From the NCBI GenBank assembly GCA_963968165.1, contig CAXAFE010000011.1, positions 4,384-68,383 on the forward strand: a stretch of DNA of 64,000 nt. The letters are read 5' to 3'. Of the stretch, positions 27,095 to 36,307 are shown piece after piece. The notes under the pieces were generated by a model. That model made no database searches, was not told the origin of the DNA, and saw only the letters and a list, made by a program, of their open reading frames with translations. The first letter of the stretch is position 1, and every line of letters starts with the position of its first letter. This DNA is from an uncultured Candidatus Poseidoniales archaeon (GTDB taxonomy: Archaea; Thermoplasmatota; Poseidoniia; Poseidoniales; Thalassarchaeaceae). The position numbers and the translations under genes are program-made.

Positions 27095-27352
27095 ATGTCA
27101 ATCAAAGTACTAAAAAATGAAGGGCGCGAATTAAGAATCCGCATTAGTGGAGAAAGTCATACAACCTTACAAATTTTCAGATCTAGGTTAAATGAAAGTA
27201 AAGATGTAGAATATGCCAATTACTTCCAAAATCATCCGGATTTAGATGATCCAGAAATATTTATTAGAACTAACAAAGGAAAAAAAGCTGAAAAGGTATT
27301 CAAGGATCTGTGTAAAAAATTATCAAAAGAAATTTCAGGAATAAAACTCTGA
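27095..27352 (+). CDS. rpoL: DNA-directed RNA polymerase subunit L (Rpo11)
   Basis: 85 aa. LRIRISGESHTTLQIFRSRL ... VEYANYFQNHPDLDDPEIFIRT matches the RpoL/Rpb11 pattern (GEDHT...A.Y...HP). Confidence 0.8.
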   Translation: MSIKVLKNEGRELRIRISGESHTTLQIFRSRLNESKDVEYANYFQNHPDLDDPEIFIRTNKGKKAEKVFKDLCKKLSKEISGIKL

Positions 27353-27365
27353 GGCAGGTGTTGAC

Positions 27366-28760
27366 TTGAATAATGGCTCGCTAGAAGAGCGGCTAGGCCT
27401 ATCAGAATGGGTCTCTTTATCTGATGGAATTGGAGGGATTTTAAAATCTAGAGTTGAAGATTTTAGAGTGGAAGAAATATCTAAAGTTCCTGCATTAAAT
27501 CCAAAGGGGCGTTTCACGGTAACAAGAATCACGATGACGAATTGGGAAACTAATAGATTCTTAAAACGTCTTTCGAGTGCTTGCGGAATCAGTAGAAATA
27601 GAGTCTTTTCGTCTGGAATGAAAGATAAAAGAGCCGTGACGACACAAATTATAGTTATTGATGCTCCAGTTCATAAAGTTGAGAAAGTGAAAATACCAGA
27701 TAGTATAATCGAAATATTAGGTAGGACGCACCAAAAGGTTGGTATGAGTGATCATGATGGTAATAGATTCACAATAACTGTGAGAGGATGTTGTGATTCC
27801 AATGGACAGCCTTTAGATGGTAAGGAGGCAATGCATAGAGTAAATATGATACGGGCTAATATGGCTGAAAAATTAGGTGCGGATGCGTTTCCGAATTGGA
27901 TTGGGCCACAAAGATTTGGTTCTACTCGCCCGGTTACTCCTGAAGTAGGCAGGGCGGTTGTCAATGGCGATTTTAGACTTGCTGTAGATTTATATTTGGG
28001 TATGGAAGGCAAAAATGCACAAGAAGAGGTCCAGGTATTTCGAAGAATGTGGAGAGAAACTAGCAATATTGATGAATGCCTCAACATAATCCCAGATCGA
28101 TTAGGTTACGAAAGAAATATTTTGGAAAGATTGGTAAAAAAACCTGATGATTATAGATCCGCATTTATGGCACTGCCGAATTCCCTCCAATTACTTACTA
28201 TTCATTCTGTGCAATCCTTAACATTCAATTACTCATTAAGAGAAAGGCTGAAGAGGAAGATTCCTATAATATTTCCCACAATTGGCGATATAGTCGCACC
28301 AGTCCATCCTAATGGCCGTATTGATGCGAGTAAAATGGCATATGTATCAGACACTAACCTTGAAAGATGTAAAAGAAATTGTATCTCAGGTAGACTTGCG
28401 GTAACGGGCCCACTTCCGGGATTAGAATCAGCAATGGCAGAAGAAATACCCGGAGAAGTAGAATTACTCGCATTAAAGGACACTGATCTCGATGATGTCG
28501 ATTGGAGGATTGAGAAAATACCAAGATTGACTTCTTCAGGAACAAGAAGGCCTCTATCTGTATTTTTTAAAGAGTTCAGTGTTAGTGAGGCCACAGAAGT
28601 GACTGATTTAACATCAGGACGATGGGTTACAGGTACGTTAGAAGGAGACAGATGGCACCCTGAAGGAGCATGTTTAAGAATTAAATTCGCCTTACCACCT
28701 GGAACTTATGCTACTGTTTTGATGAGAGAATTCATGAGGTCTCCTTTGGACCACTATTGA
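27366..28760 (+). CDS. truD: tRNA pseudouridine synthase D (TruD/Pus7 family)
   Basis: The N-terminal motif is GIGGILKSRVEDFRVEEI. The catalytic motif is SGMKDKRAVTTQ (GxKDxxAxTxQ). A TTG start at 27366 is implied because no in-frame ATG lies upstream of the conserved N-terminus. Confidence 0.85.
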   Translation: MNNGSLEERLGLSEWVSLSDGIGGILKSRVEDFRVEEISKVPALNPKGRFTVTRITMTNWETNRFLKRLSSACGISRNRVFSSGMKDKRAVTTQIIVIDAPVHKVEKVKIPDSIIEILGRTHQKVGMSDHDGNRFTITVRGCCDSNGQPLDGKEAMHRVNMIRANMAEKLGADAFPNWIGPQRFGSTRPVTPEVGRAVVNGDFRLAVDLYLGMEGKNAQEEVQVFRRMWRETSNIDECLNIIPDRLGYERNILERLVKKPDDYRSAFMALPNSLQLLTIHSVQSLTFNYSLRERLKRKIPIIFPTIGDIVAPVHPNGRIDASKMAYVSDTNLERCKRNCISGRLAVTGPLPGLESAMAEEIPGEVELLALKDTDLDDVDWRIEKIPRLTSSGTRRPLSVFFKEFSVSEATEVTDLTSGRWVTGTLEGDRWHPEGACLRIKFALPPGTYATVLMREFMRSPLDHY

Positions 28761-28803
28761 TCAATTAGCGTTAGTGATCTTAGTTTGCCTTAGTGATCCT
28801 GGT

Positions 28804-29070
28804 TTAAAGTCGGCCCATCTCAAGTGTCTCAACTTGGCCTACTAACGGATCTACAGCTCTAATTTTATCTTCAAAACCATCTACGATTCCTTCACCTTCG
28901 CCAAGAACTGCTTGAACCTCTACAAACATCATTCCGAATGCTAATGGTTTAATTTCTACAGTTTGGACCTCTGGAAGATTATCAATTAAACCGGCTATTG
29001 CATCATAATCTGGCGCATTATCTTCCGGTTGATCCATAGTAACTTTATATTTTACAACAACATGTCCCAT
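28804..29070 (-). CDS. Elongation factor 1-beta (aEF-1beta)
   Basis: 88 aa. MGHVVVKYKVTMDQPEDN ... IKPLAFGMMFVEVQAVL ... VETLEMGRL matches the typical aEF-1beta length and pattern. Confidence 0.85.
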   Translation of the reverse strand: MGHVVVKYKVTMDQPEDNAPDYDAIAGLIDNLPEVQTVEIKPLAFGMMFVEVQAVLGEGEGIVDGFEDKIRAVDPLVGQVETLEMGRL

Positions 29071-29097
29071 AATTATTACACCTACTCTATGACTAAT

Positions 29098-29265
29098 TTA
29101 AGGACCTTGGAAACTACATTCAGGGCAAATATATGCTATACCTTGAACGCGACATTGTTCGCTTCTACCAATATGGTGATTACATACTGGACATGAGAAA
29201 GATGTACTGCGTTTACTAACTAGTGGCACTCCAGAAGAAGTACAAACGGTTACCTTTCTTGACAT
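29098..29265 (-). CDS. Small Zn-ribbon protein (COG2888-type, the usual partner of aEF-1beta)
   Basis: Not in the track because it is under 60 aa. My translation is MSRKVTVCTSSGVPLVSKRSTSFSCPVCNHHIGRSEQCRVQGIAYICPECSFQGP*. It has CPxC pairs and ends in Y.CP.C.F.GP. Its stop lies 27 nt upstream of the aEF-1beta start on the same strand. Confidence 0.8.
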   Translation of the reverse strand: MSRKVTVCTSSGVPLVSKRSTSFSCPVCNHHIGRSEQCRVQGIAYICPECSFQGP

Positions 29266-29373
29266 TAACTAATCCTCTACGGGGCCGGCGAGAGATGACC
29301 CCTTTTTAGCGTTGATTGAAGAAGCAATGATTATTATACATTCCAATATTCTCAAATATAGGAGTCTAATAGG

Positions 29374-29874
29374 TTGTTAAACCATAAAAAACTACAAAAA
29401 CAAACTATAATATGCCAGTATATGAATGATAACAAGGCTGCGTTGGGAGTCGTTGAAGAAGATTTGTCCAAATTTGTAAAAAATGAAGGGGGGATCTGGA
29501 GCCTGAGAGATGTTGAAAAGGTAAGAGGTTGGAATAATATAGAATATGGTGCGGGCTTATCGGGAAAAAATACTTCTGCTACAAAATTATCTATGAATAG
29601 GGCATATATACCTCCATCAGGCGTTGCGAAAGCTCATATTCATGTAGATTTTGAAGTTATGATATATTTGTTAAAGGGCAGTGTTCGGCATGAATTTGGG
29701 CCTGGATGTAAAAAAAATGTAATTCATAATGCAGGAGATATGTTTTTTATAGAGCCGGGTTTACCACATGAGGTTTTTAACTGCTCAGACGATGAATGGG
29801 TTCATGCAATTGTTGCTAGATCAGATGCTCTAGAATGGCAGAATATAATCCCTTATGATAGAAATAAATTATAA
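29374..29874 (+). CDS. Cupin-domain protein
   Basis: Cupin motifs are AHIHVDFEVMIYLLKG and GDMFFIEPGLPHEVFN. The start is probably the internal Met at 29422. Confidence 0.7.
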   Translation: MLNHKKLQKQTIICQYMNDNKAALGVVEEDLSKFVKNEGGIWSLRDVEKVRGWNNIEYGAGLSGKNTSATKLSMNRAYIPPSGVAKAHIHVDFEVMIYLLKGSVRHEFGPGCKKNVIHNAGDMFFIEPGLPHEVFNCSDDEWVHAIVARSDALEWQNIIPYDRNKL

Positions 29875-29876
29875 TA

Positions 29877-30488
29877 TCAAGAATTTTCTATAATTTGTAT
29901 GATGTAATTTACATCTATGCCTTGTTCTCTTGCTAATAATGCAATGCACATCCAGAGTGTAATTGGACCAAGGGCTAGTCTCTTTCTCTCTGCGCGGCGT
30001 CTAACTTCTCTTTTCGATAATCCAGAGTTTATAGCAACGTAATTAATGAGTTTATTGATAACATCATCTTTATTCGATTCTTGGACTATATCCGGTTCAC
30101 TAAGTTCAGTTTTTTTATTATTTATATTAATTTCTTGGATTACTATTTTATTATCTACATTAAAATTTGAGATATTCATAAGTTCATTATAAGACGGTTT
30201 CCATCCTAATTTTGGGCGTACTAATATTAAATTTGGATTAGGTAAAAGATTATTCTCATTTATTACTATCCATTTATGTTTAATTAGATGTGACAAGAGT
30301 AATGCAGAATCTGATGGATTGAACCATTGATAATCTAGAGACCAATTCCGAATTATAGAATTTTTTTTTAAGGGCAAATTATCAATAGAAAATGTAGAAA
30401 ATAATAATTTTAAGATTCCAACATTCGAATCATTCACGATATAACCTAGATGTAAATAATAAATAAAGTTATTATCCAAATTAATCAT
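29877..30488 (-). CDS. Conserved archaeal hypothetical protein (DUF2240-like, from memory)
   Basis: 203 aa. WSLDYQWFNPSDSALLLSHLIKHKWI resembles the LSLDRDWFSPDQAKRL block I recall from DUF2240. The C-terminus is basic and helical (KREVRRRAERKRL). Confidence 0.4.
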   Translation of the reverse strand: MINLDNNFIYYLHLGYIVNDSNVGILKLLFSTFSIDNLPLKKNSIIRNWSLDYQWFNPSDSALLLSHLIKHKWIVINENNLLPNPNLILVRPKLGWKPSYNELMNISNFNVDNKIVIQEININNKKTELSEPDIVQESNKDDVINKLINYVAINSGLSKREVRRRAERKRLALGPITLWMCIALLAREQGIDVNYIIQIIENS

Positions 30489-30507
30489 AATGTCGCTTGG
30501 TTGAATA

Positions 30508-31755
30508 ATGAGGTTACCATCCGGTGCCCGAATTAATGTGACTAGAGACTACATAGCCCGCGATCCACGTACTGGTAAGGCCATTCAAAGATTTAATCAA
30601 TCTTACCAAGACGAAGATATAAGGGCGTTATTGCCTCAGGCCGGACCCTGGCAAAGAATACCTATTCAAGATATATTAGCACTTGCCAGTGGCAGAGTAA
30701 AGAAAATAGAGTTACCCATTAACGAAGGAAGAGGAGGTTTTGCGGGAAGAATAGATGCAATCAAAGCATTGAATAGGGTAATGGAATCTGACATAGATAA
30801 GGCTCATAAAATACTTCTTGAGGCTTTAGATGATGATTATCCAGATGTGAGAATTGCTGCATTAAAATCTATGCCTTCATTTTCATTAAGGAAAAGTAAT
30901 TCTATATTTCAATTTTTATCAGATAGAATTCTAGATGATAACGATGCTGTGAGGGAGGCCTCTAGAGAATGCCTGAAGTTATTATCTCCAATATTTCCAT
31001 CGGGTTGTGAAGAAATTCTAAGAAGAGAAATGAGGAGTACCATAGTTAAAAATCGTTCAGATGCGTTTGAAGCGCTTAGACTCACAGCAAAAAGATGGCC
31101 GGAAGCTGGTTGTTTACACTTGGATGAATTAATCAGAGAAGAGGACAATGATTTACGAAGAAGAGGTTCAAAGATTCTAAAAACAATTGCTGCAAAGGGA
31201 GGAGCTACGGGTTGGGACCTAATAAGTTGGTCATTACAAGATGAAGATGTACAAGTACGCCGAAATGCATCCCAAACGTTCTCCAGATTAGTTACAGTTG
31301 AGCCAAGGATTGCAACAATACTTGTCGAGGCAGCTATTGAAGAAGATGATCCAGTTATTCGTAAAGCAGTTATTAGAACACTAAAGAGATTAGATATGCA
31401 AAACCCTAGAGTTACTCGTATGATAATTGATGGTGCAAGGTCTAGAGATTTAGAATTTAGAAAGGCGTGTATTGAGCAATTATCAATAATGTTAAGTGGA
31501 GATGCATTGAGAGAAGTCGCAGAAGAGTTATTACGTCAAGAGACTTCTCCAGAATTAAGAAAGAAGTTGTCCTCATTATCAGTAGATATAGCTATGGAAG
31601 GTACTGAAACTCAGAAAAATCAGTTTTTGTCACCTCTTGATTATGTTGAAGATGAAGAAGAAAAACTACTAGAAGGAATTAACCTGAATAAAAAAAAGAA
31701 GGGTGAGGATGATAAACAGGAGTTGGGTCCGCGTGACAGAGAGAACTCGACATGA
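30508..31755 (+). CDS. HEAT/PBS-lyase-type repeat protein
   Basis: Repeated blocks are DDDYPDVRIAALKSM, DDNDAVREASRECL, DEDVQVRRNASQTF and EDDPVIRKAVIRTL. Confidence 0.7.
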   Translation: MRLPSGARINVTRDYIARDPRTGKAIQRFNQSYQDEDIRALLPQAGPWQRIPIQDILALASGRVKKIELPINEGRGGFAGRIDAIKALNRVMESDIDKAHKILLEALDDDYPDVRIAALKSMPSFSLRKSNSIFQFLSDRILDDNDAVREASRECLKLLSPIFPSGCEEILRREMRSTIVKNRSDAFEALRLTAKRWPEAGCLHLDELIREEDNDLRRRGSKILKTIAAKGGATGWDLISWSLQDEDVQVRRNASQTFSRLVTVEPRIATILVEAAIEEDDPVIRKAVIRTLKRLDMQNPRVTRMIIDGARSRDLEFRKACIEQLSIMLSGDALREVAEELLRQETSPELRKKLSSLSVDIAMEGTETQKNQFLSPLDYVEDEEEKLLEGINLNKKKKGEDDKQELGPRDRENST

Positions 31756-32021
31756 CCGATAACTTTAATGAAAAGGAATCTCAATTTGAAGCACTTTGGG
31801 ATAGTGAAAATAGGTCAAAGAGATTAAAATTTAGGCAATATATGAAAAATCATGTATTGCAAAAATTTCATAAAAGAAACCAAGAACAATTTGCGACTGC
31901 AGACAAAGGACATTATAATCACAGTTTTTCCAGTGATGATCAATTTTTAACTAAAGAAAATTGTAGGAAATATTGGATGGGCGAACTACAGAAGGAAATT
32001 CGAGATGCAGAAACCTTCTGA
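31752..32021 (+). CDS. Hypothetical small protein, translationally coupled to the HEAT-repeat gene
   Basis: An 89-aa ORF whose ATG overlaps the upstream stop (ATGA at 31752-31755). The next gene starts 10 nt after its stop. No family recognised. Confidence 0.45.
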   Translation: MTDNFNEKESQFEALWDSENRSKRLKFRQYMKNHVLQKFHKRNQEQFATADKGHYNHSFSSDDQFLTKENCRKYWMGELQKEIRDAETF

Positions 32022-32030
32022 GGCGATTAA

Positions 32031-33446
32031 ATGAAACCATCGACTAGTTTTTCAACTTGGAACTTAGAAAAAGAAATATTCCAAGCAATTGATAAAAGAG
32101 GATGGATAGAGCCTACTTCCATTCAATTGGAAGCAATACCAATTGCAAGAAAAGGTTTAGATATTGTTGGTCAGGCCAGAACTGGATCGGGAAAAACAGC
32201 AGCATTTGGCATTCCAGTACTTGAAAGATGCGTTGTAAATGGATCAATACAAGCAATTATACTTTGCCCAACAAGGGAATTAGCCGTCCAAGTAGCTGAA
32301 GAAATGAATGTCTTACAAGGGGCCAAAGGATTGAATATTCAGACTGTTTATGGAGGAGTGGATTTAGAAAAACAAGCAAAAAAATTAGCCGAAGGGGCTC
32401 AAATAATAGTAGGAACTCCTGGTAGAGTAATAGATATGACAAAAAGGAAACACCTCGATTTAGAGGAGGTTGAAATATTCTGTCTTGATGAAGCTGATAG
32501 AATGTTAGATATGGGTTTTTTCCCTGATGTTCTTTGGATATTTGAAAAAATGACCAATAGAAATCAGACACTATTATTCAGTGCTACATTTCCACAAGAA
32601 GTATTAGATGCAGCGGAAGAATTCATGAGTGATGCAATTCATGTAATGAGTGATGATTTGGAGGTTGAGGTTCCTGAGATTGAACAGTTTGCAGTTCAAA
32701 TTGGTAGAATGAATAAGATGTGGGTTCTAGGTAGAATAATTTCAAACTTATCAGAAACTGATCAAATGCTTGTTTTTGCAAATACAAAGAGGATGGTTGA
32801 TATTTTAGTAGAAAGGTTAGATAGAGCTGGAATAAAGTCAATAGGACTTCATGGAGACATAGCACAAGGAAAGAGAGAGAATATACTTGGATCGTTTCGC
32901 GAGGGAAAGTGTAAAATTGTGATTGCCACAGATGTTGCTGCAAGAGGATTAGATGTTGATGGTATAACTCACGTAGTTAACTATGATTTACCTGATGATT
33001 CGGAATCTTATGTTCATAGGATCGGCCGTACTGGTAGAATGGGCAGAAAGGGCGAGTCATGGAGTTTTGTTACAAGAGAAGAAATATCTATTCTAAATAA
33101 AATATCAGCGACCTGGAATATGAAAATACCATTAGTTGATGTCCCCAAACTATCCGAAAAAATGAATAGAGATCCCATAAAAATGAGAGAAGATTGGGAT
33201 GAGGTCTCAGATGCATTCGGCATGGTTAAATTGACTTTAGATATAGAGAAGAAAGAAGTATCGAAAAGGGGACTAGTAGAATGGATTATAAAACAGACTA
33301 AAGTACCCGAACTGGCAATAGGTGAAATTTTATTAAAAGAAAAAAATACCATAATAGAAGTTCACGTTGAAAAGGTATCATACGTTCTTGGAGTAATAAA
33401 ATCTAGAGAATTCAAGGGAAAAACCGTTAATGCAAGATTATCATAA
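32031..33446 (+). CDS. DEAD-box ATP-dependent RNA helicase with DbpA-like C-terminal RNA-binding domain
   Basis: Motifs present are ARTGSGKTAAF (I), PTRELA (Ia), TPGR (Ib), DEAD (II), SAT (III), ARGLD (V) and HRIGRTGR (VI). Confidence 0.92.
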   Translation: MKPSTSFSTWNLEKEIFQAIDKRGWIEPTSIQLEAIPIARKGLDIVGQARTGSGKTAAFGIPVLERCVVNGSIQAIILCPTRELAVQVAEEMNVLQGAKGLNIQTVYGGVDLEKQAKKLAEGAQIIVGTPGRVIDMTKRKHLDLEEVEIFCLDEADRMLDMGFFPDVLWIFEKMTNRNQTLLFSATFPQEVLDAAEEFMSDAIHVMSDDLEVEVPEIEQFAVQIGRMNKMWVLGRIISNLSETDQMLVFANTKRMVDILVERLDRAGIKSIGLHGDIAQGKRENILGSFREGKCKIVIATDVAARGLDVDGITHVVNYDLPDDSESYVHRIGRTGRMGRKGESWSFVTREEISILNKISATWNMKIPLVDVPKLSEKMNRDPIKMREDWDEVSDAFGMVKLTLDIEKKEVSKRGLVEWIIKQTKVPELAIGEILLKEKNTIIEVHVEKVSYVLGVIKSREFKGKTVNARLS

Positions 33447-33614
33447 TATCTAAATTATTAGTTTAAAAATTACCGTTATTTTTGCCATATTTGGTGCTAG
33501 TATACAAATTGTAAATATAATTGGACTAGACATGGTAAGCCATGTCCGTGGGGGTCCTTCAGAATATGGCCCTCATCAATTGGGCTAGAAACTAATCAGA
33601 GAGGGGTTTAATTT

Positions 33615-36254
33615 ATGGATAGAGAAGAGGTAACCATTAAAATTGAACAAATTTACAAAGATAATTTATCTGAATCAGAATTTAAAAAGAAAAGTGCAAA
33701 TATCTCAAAGATGTTAGATAAATATGAAGGAAAGTATGATAAATTAATTAATGCTATGAATAGGAAATATGCAGATAAAAGTGTTATTGTTGACGATTCG
33801 AAGCCCAATGCATCTGAAAGTAAAGTCAAGGCGAAAAAGGCAGTTAAGTCTACATCGGATGGAACGCATTCAAGTTTTGCAGAGTCAAATAAAGTTTCGA
33901 GAAAAGAAGTTCTTGCAAAAGAGAAAGCAAAAAAGAAAGCAGCGATTATAAAGGCTAAATTGGCAAAAAAGGAAGCTTTGGCTCAGGATAAGGCATTAAA
34001 AAAGGCTAATATGGCCAAGGCAAAAATGAAGGTAACTGCAGCTGAACAGAAATCTAAAACAGAAAGAACTGCAGCTGAACAGAAATCTAAAACAGAAAGA
34101 ACTGCAGCTCAAAAGAAAGTAAAGGCTATGAAGTCAGAGTACCAAGCTGAAAATAAGAAAAAGATAAAAATAGCAACTCAGGCTGTTAAAATACAGGGAG
34201 AAGCCAAAAAATCTGCAATAGAAGTAAAAAAAACTGAAGTAATGATAAAGCAGCAAAAGGCAAAAATGACAAAGATTCCAGAGGATATAGAGAAGTTAAA
34301 ATCGAAAATTGTAAATTCAAAGGAACTATTAAAAGAAAATGCTAGATTGAAGGTTAAATTGGATAAGGAATTATCAGAATTAACAAAAAAGAATAAAGTT
34401 ATGGGAAAAAAACTTGAATCTGTTGTAAAATCAGGAGGAGAATCGTTAAAGAATCTTAATAGGTTAACAAAGGAAGTAGTTCAACTAAATGAGCAGATAT
34501 CTAGCGATAAAAGTGCTCGAAAACAAATGGAATTAGATTTAGGAAAAGAATCTCATAGATTAGAACAAACTAAAGTTAAGATCATTGAAACTCAGAAGAA
34601 AAGAGAAATTGCAGTAGCTGAAAGTAAGGTCACTGGGAAACTCAAGAAAGAAAAAGAAATAAAATATCAAGCAGAAGTAAAACCAAGAGTCGAGGCGGAA
34701 AGAAAATTAAAGTCTGAGGAAAGCATGACTCACACAATAATGGTTGAATTAAAGAAAACAAAATCAGAGATAAGTAGTCTCGAAACTAAGATAGAGTCTA
34801 ATGCTACTCAACGGGTTGAAATTGAAAAGAAATTTGTAAAGCAACAGGCAGAGACTGAACAATTACATGCTGATAATGAGAAAGGTAGAGAAGAAATTGA
34901 AAATTTATTTAATCAATCCCACAGTGATAAAGAAAAGTTAGAAGAGATTAATGTCAAACTCGAAGAAGTTAAAACAAAACACGAAGAAGCTGAAAAAATA
35001 GCAGTAAGCGTTTTACAAAGAAGAGAAGAACTACAAGAAAAATTAAAATCGTTTAACGTGGCTACAGAAAAGATGATAAAATCTGCAGATGAAGAAGAAA
35101 AGGCTGCAATAAACGCAAAAACAAAGGCTGAGGAAGATAGAGAAAAGGGTAGGCAATTAAAGAAAGAATATTCAGCATTGAAGGAGAAACATAAGGCAGC
35201 TAAAGAGAGAGTTCAAATTGCTAAGAAAACCAAACAGGATATTGAAAAATTAGTTCTTGAAGAAGCCAAAATAAGACGTGATTTAGAGCAGAAGACTAGT
35301 AAAGAACAAAAATCTATAGAAGCCGCCATGAAGGAACTTGAAGAACAAAACAAACAAAAAATAGAAGCTAAACGTAGGTCTGAAGAAGAAATTCGAAAGA
35401 GAAAATCTACTGAGAGAGTATTGAAAGAAGAAACAGAAAGATGGATTGCTGCTATGGCTGAAGTTGGTGTTGAGACATTGGCTAGAGAAGAAGCCGAGAG
35501 AAAAGAAAAGATAGAGATAAAGGCACATGCGAACATGGCAGAAAAGGCAAATAACATGAAGCAATCAAGATTAGAGGAAGAACAAAAGGCAAGAGAATCT
35601 ATTGAACTTCATAAGAAAGCCCAAGCTGAAGAAGAAAAATTGGCCCAGGAACGTAAGAATTTTGAAGATCAGGTAAAAGAAGATGAAAAGAAAAGAGAGC
35701 GAGGTATTAGAATAGCAGAAAGGGAAGCGGCTAATGCGTTGAATGCAGAAGAAAGAATTCTTGCAGAAAAGAAGGCAATGGAAAAAGCCAGATCTGATGT
35801 AAAGAAGAAGGCAGAGGCCAGGGAAAGAAAGGAAAAAGAAACAAGAGCTAATGAAGAATTTGAAGAAAGTGAGAAGCGTAGAATAAGAATGGAATTAGAA
35901 GAAGAGATTAGTGAAGAGTTAGAGCGACTAAAGGGAGAGGAAAGCAAAATGACTGCAAAGGAATATATTCTCGCGAGAGTAGATGCCAAAGGACATTTAA
36001 TTGACTTTATCACAATTGGTAGAGACAAAGGTGCTAAAGATGATTTACAAATGATAAATGGTTTAGACTCTGGCCTGGAAGAGCGTTTGAATTTAATAGG
36101 AATATCTACATTTGAACAAATATCTAAAATGACAGATGAGATTGCTGATGAAGTTAATGAAGCGATTGAGCATTTCCCTGGTAGAATTAGGAGGCAGGGT
36201 TGGGTACAACAAGCCAAAGTCATACTGGAAGATAGCCTACTCAGTGACCTATAA
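33615..36254 (+). CDS. 879-aa Lys/Glu/Ala-rich coiled-coil protein ending in an H3TH-like (COG3743/DUF4332-like) domain
   Basis: About 750 aa are low-complexity K/E/A heptad-like sequence. The C-terminus is IDFITIGRDKGAKDDLQMINGLDSGLEERLNLIGISTFEQISKMTDEIADEVNEAIEHFPGRIRRQGWVQQAKVIL. Confidence 0.75.
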   Translation: MDREEVTIKIEQIYKDNLSESEFKKKSANISKMLDKYEGKYDKLINAMNRKYADKSVIVDDSKPNASESKVKAKKAVKSTSDGTHSSFAESNKVSRKEVLAKEKAKKKAAIIKAKLAKKEALAQDKALKKANMAKAKMKVTAAEQKSKTERTAAEQKSKTERTAAQKKVKAMKSEYQAENKKKIKIATQAVKIQGEAKKSAIEVKKTEVMIKQQKAKMTKIPEDIEKLKSKIVNSKELLKENARLKVKLDKELSELTKKNKVMGKKLESVVKSGGESLKNLNRLTKEVVQLNEQISSDKSARKQMELDLGKESHRLEQTKVKIIETQKKREIAVAESKVTGKLKKEKEIKYQAEVKPRVEAERKLKSEESMTHTIMVELKKTKSEISSLETKIESNATQRVEIEKKFVKQQAETEQLHADNEKGREEIENLFNQSHSDKEKLEEINVKLEEVKTKHEEAEKIAVSVLQRREELQEKLKSFNVATEKMIKSADEEEKAAINAKTKAEEDREKGRQLKKEYSALKEKHKAAKERVQIAKKTKQDIEKLVLEEAKIRRDLEQKTSKEQKSIEAAMKELEEQNKQKIEAKRRSEEEIRKRKSTERVLKEETERWIAAMAEVGVETLAREEAERKEKIEIKAHANMAEKANNMKQSRLEEEQKARESIELHKKAQAEEEKLAQERKNFEDQVKEDEKKRERGIRIAEREAANALNAEERILAEKKAMEKARSDVKKKAEARERKEKETRANEEFEESEKRRIRMELEEEISEELERLKGEESKMTAKEYILARVDAKGHLIDFITIGRDKGAKDDLQMINGLDSGLEERLNLIGISTFEQISKMTDEIADEVNEAIEHFPGRIRRQGWVQQAKVILEDSLLSDL
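34035..34109 (+). repeat. Perfect in-frame 33-nt tandem duplication (2.3 copies) inside the coiled-coil gene
   Basis: ACTGCAGCTGAACAGAAATCTAAAACAGAAAGA occurs at 34035-34067 and 34068-34100, followed by 9 nt of a third copy. It encodes TAAEQKSKTER x2. Confidence 0.95.
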
Positions 36255-36307
36255 AATTAGATTACATAAACATCAATGATTAATTATAATAAAATGTTCG
36301 CAGGACT

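Noticed and set aside
28771-28798. A 9-nt direct repeat TTAGTGATC x2 (28771-28779 and 28790-28798) between the convergent truD and aEF-1beta genes
   Set aside because: It is too short to separate from chance in AT-rich DNA, and I know of no associated motif.
33529-33546. A perfect 7-bp hairpin GACATGG-TAAG-CCATGTC in the helicase / coiled-coil intergenic region
   Set aside because: It is real in the sequence but a single short hairpin. Archaeal terminators are usually oligo-T tracts, and one (TTATTTTT) lies at ~33474. I cannot distinguish a 5'-UTR element from chance.
35213-36223. Minus-strand ORFs of 93-184 aa rich in Ser/Leu/Phe (35213-35557, 35283-35564, 35669-36223)
   Set aside because: They are antisense to the Lys/Glu-rich coiled-coil gene. 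GAA/AAG read as TTC/CTT on the other strand gives stop-free low-complexity frames.
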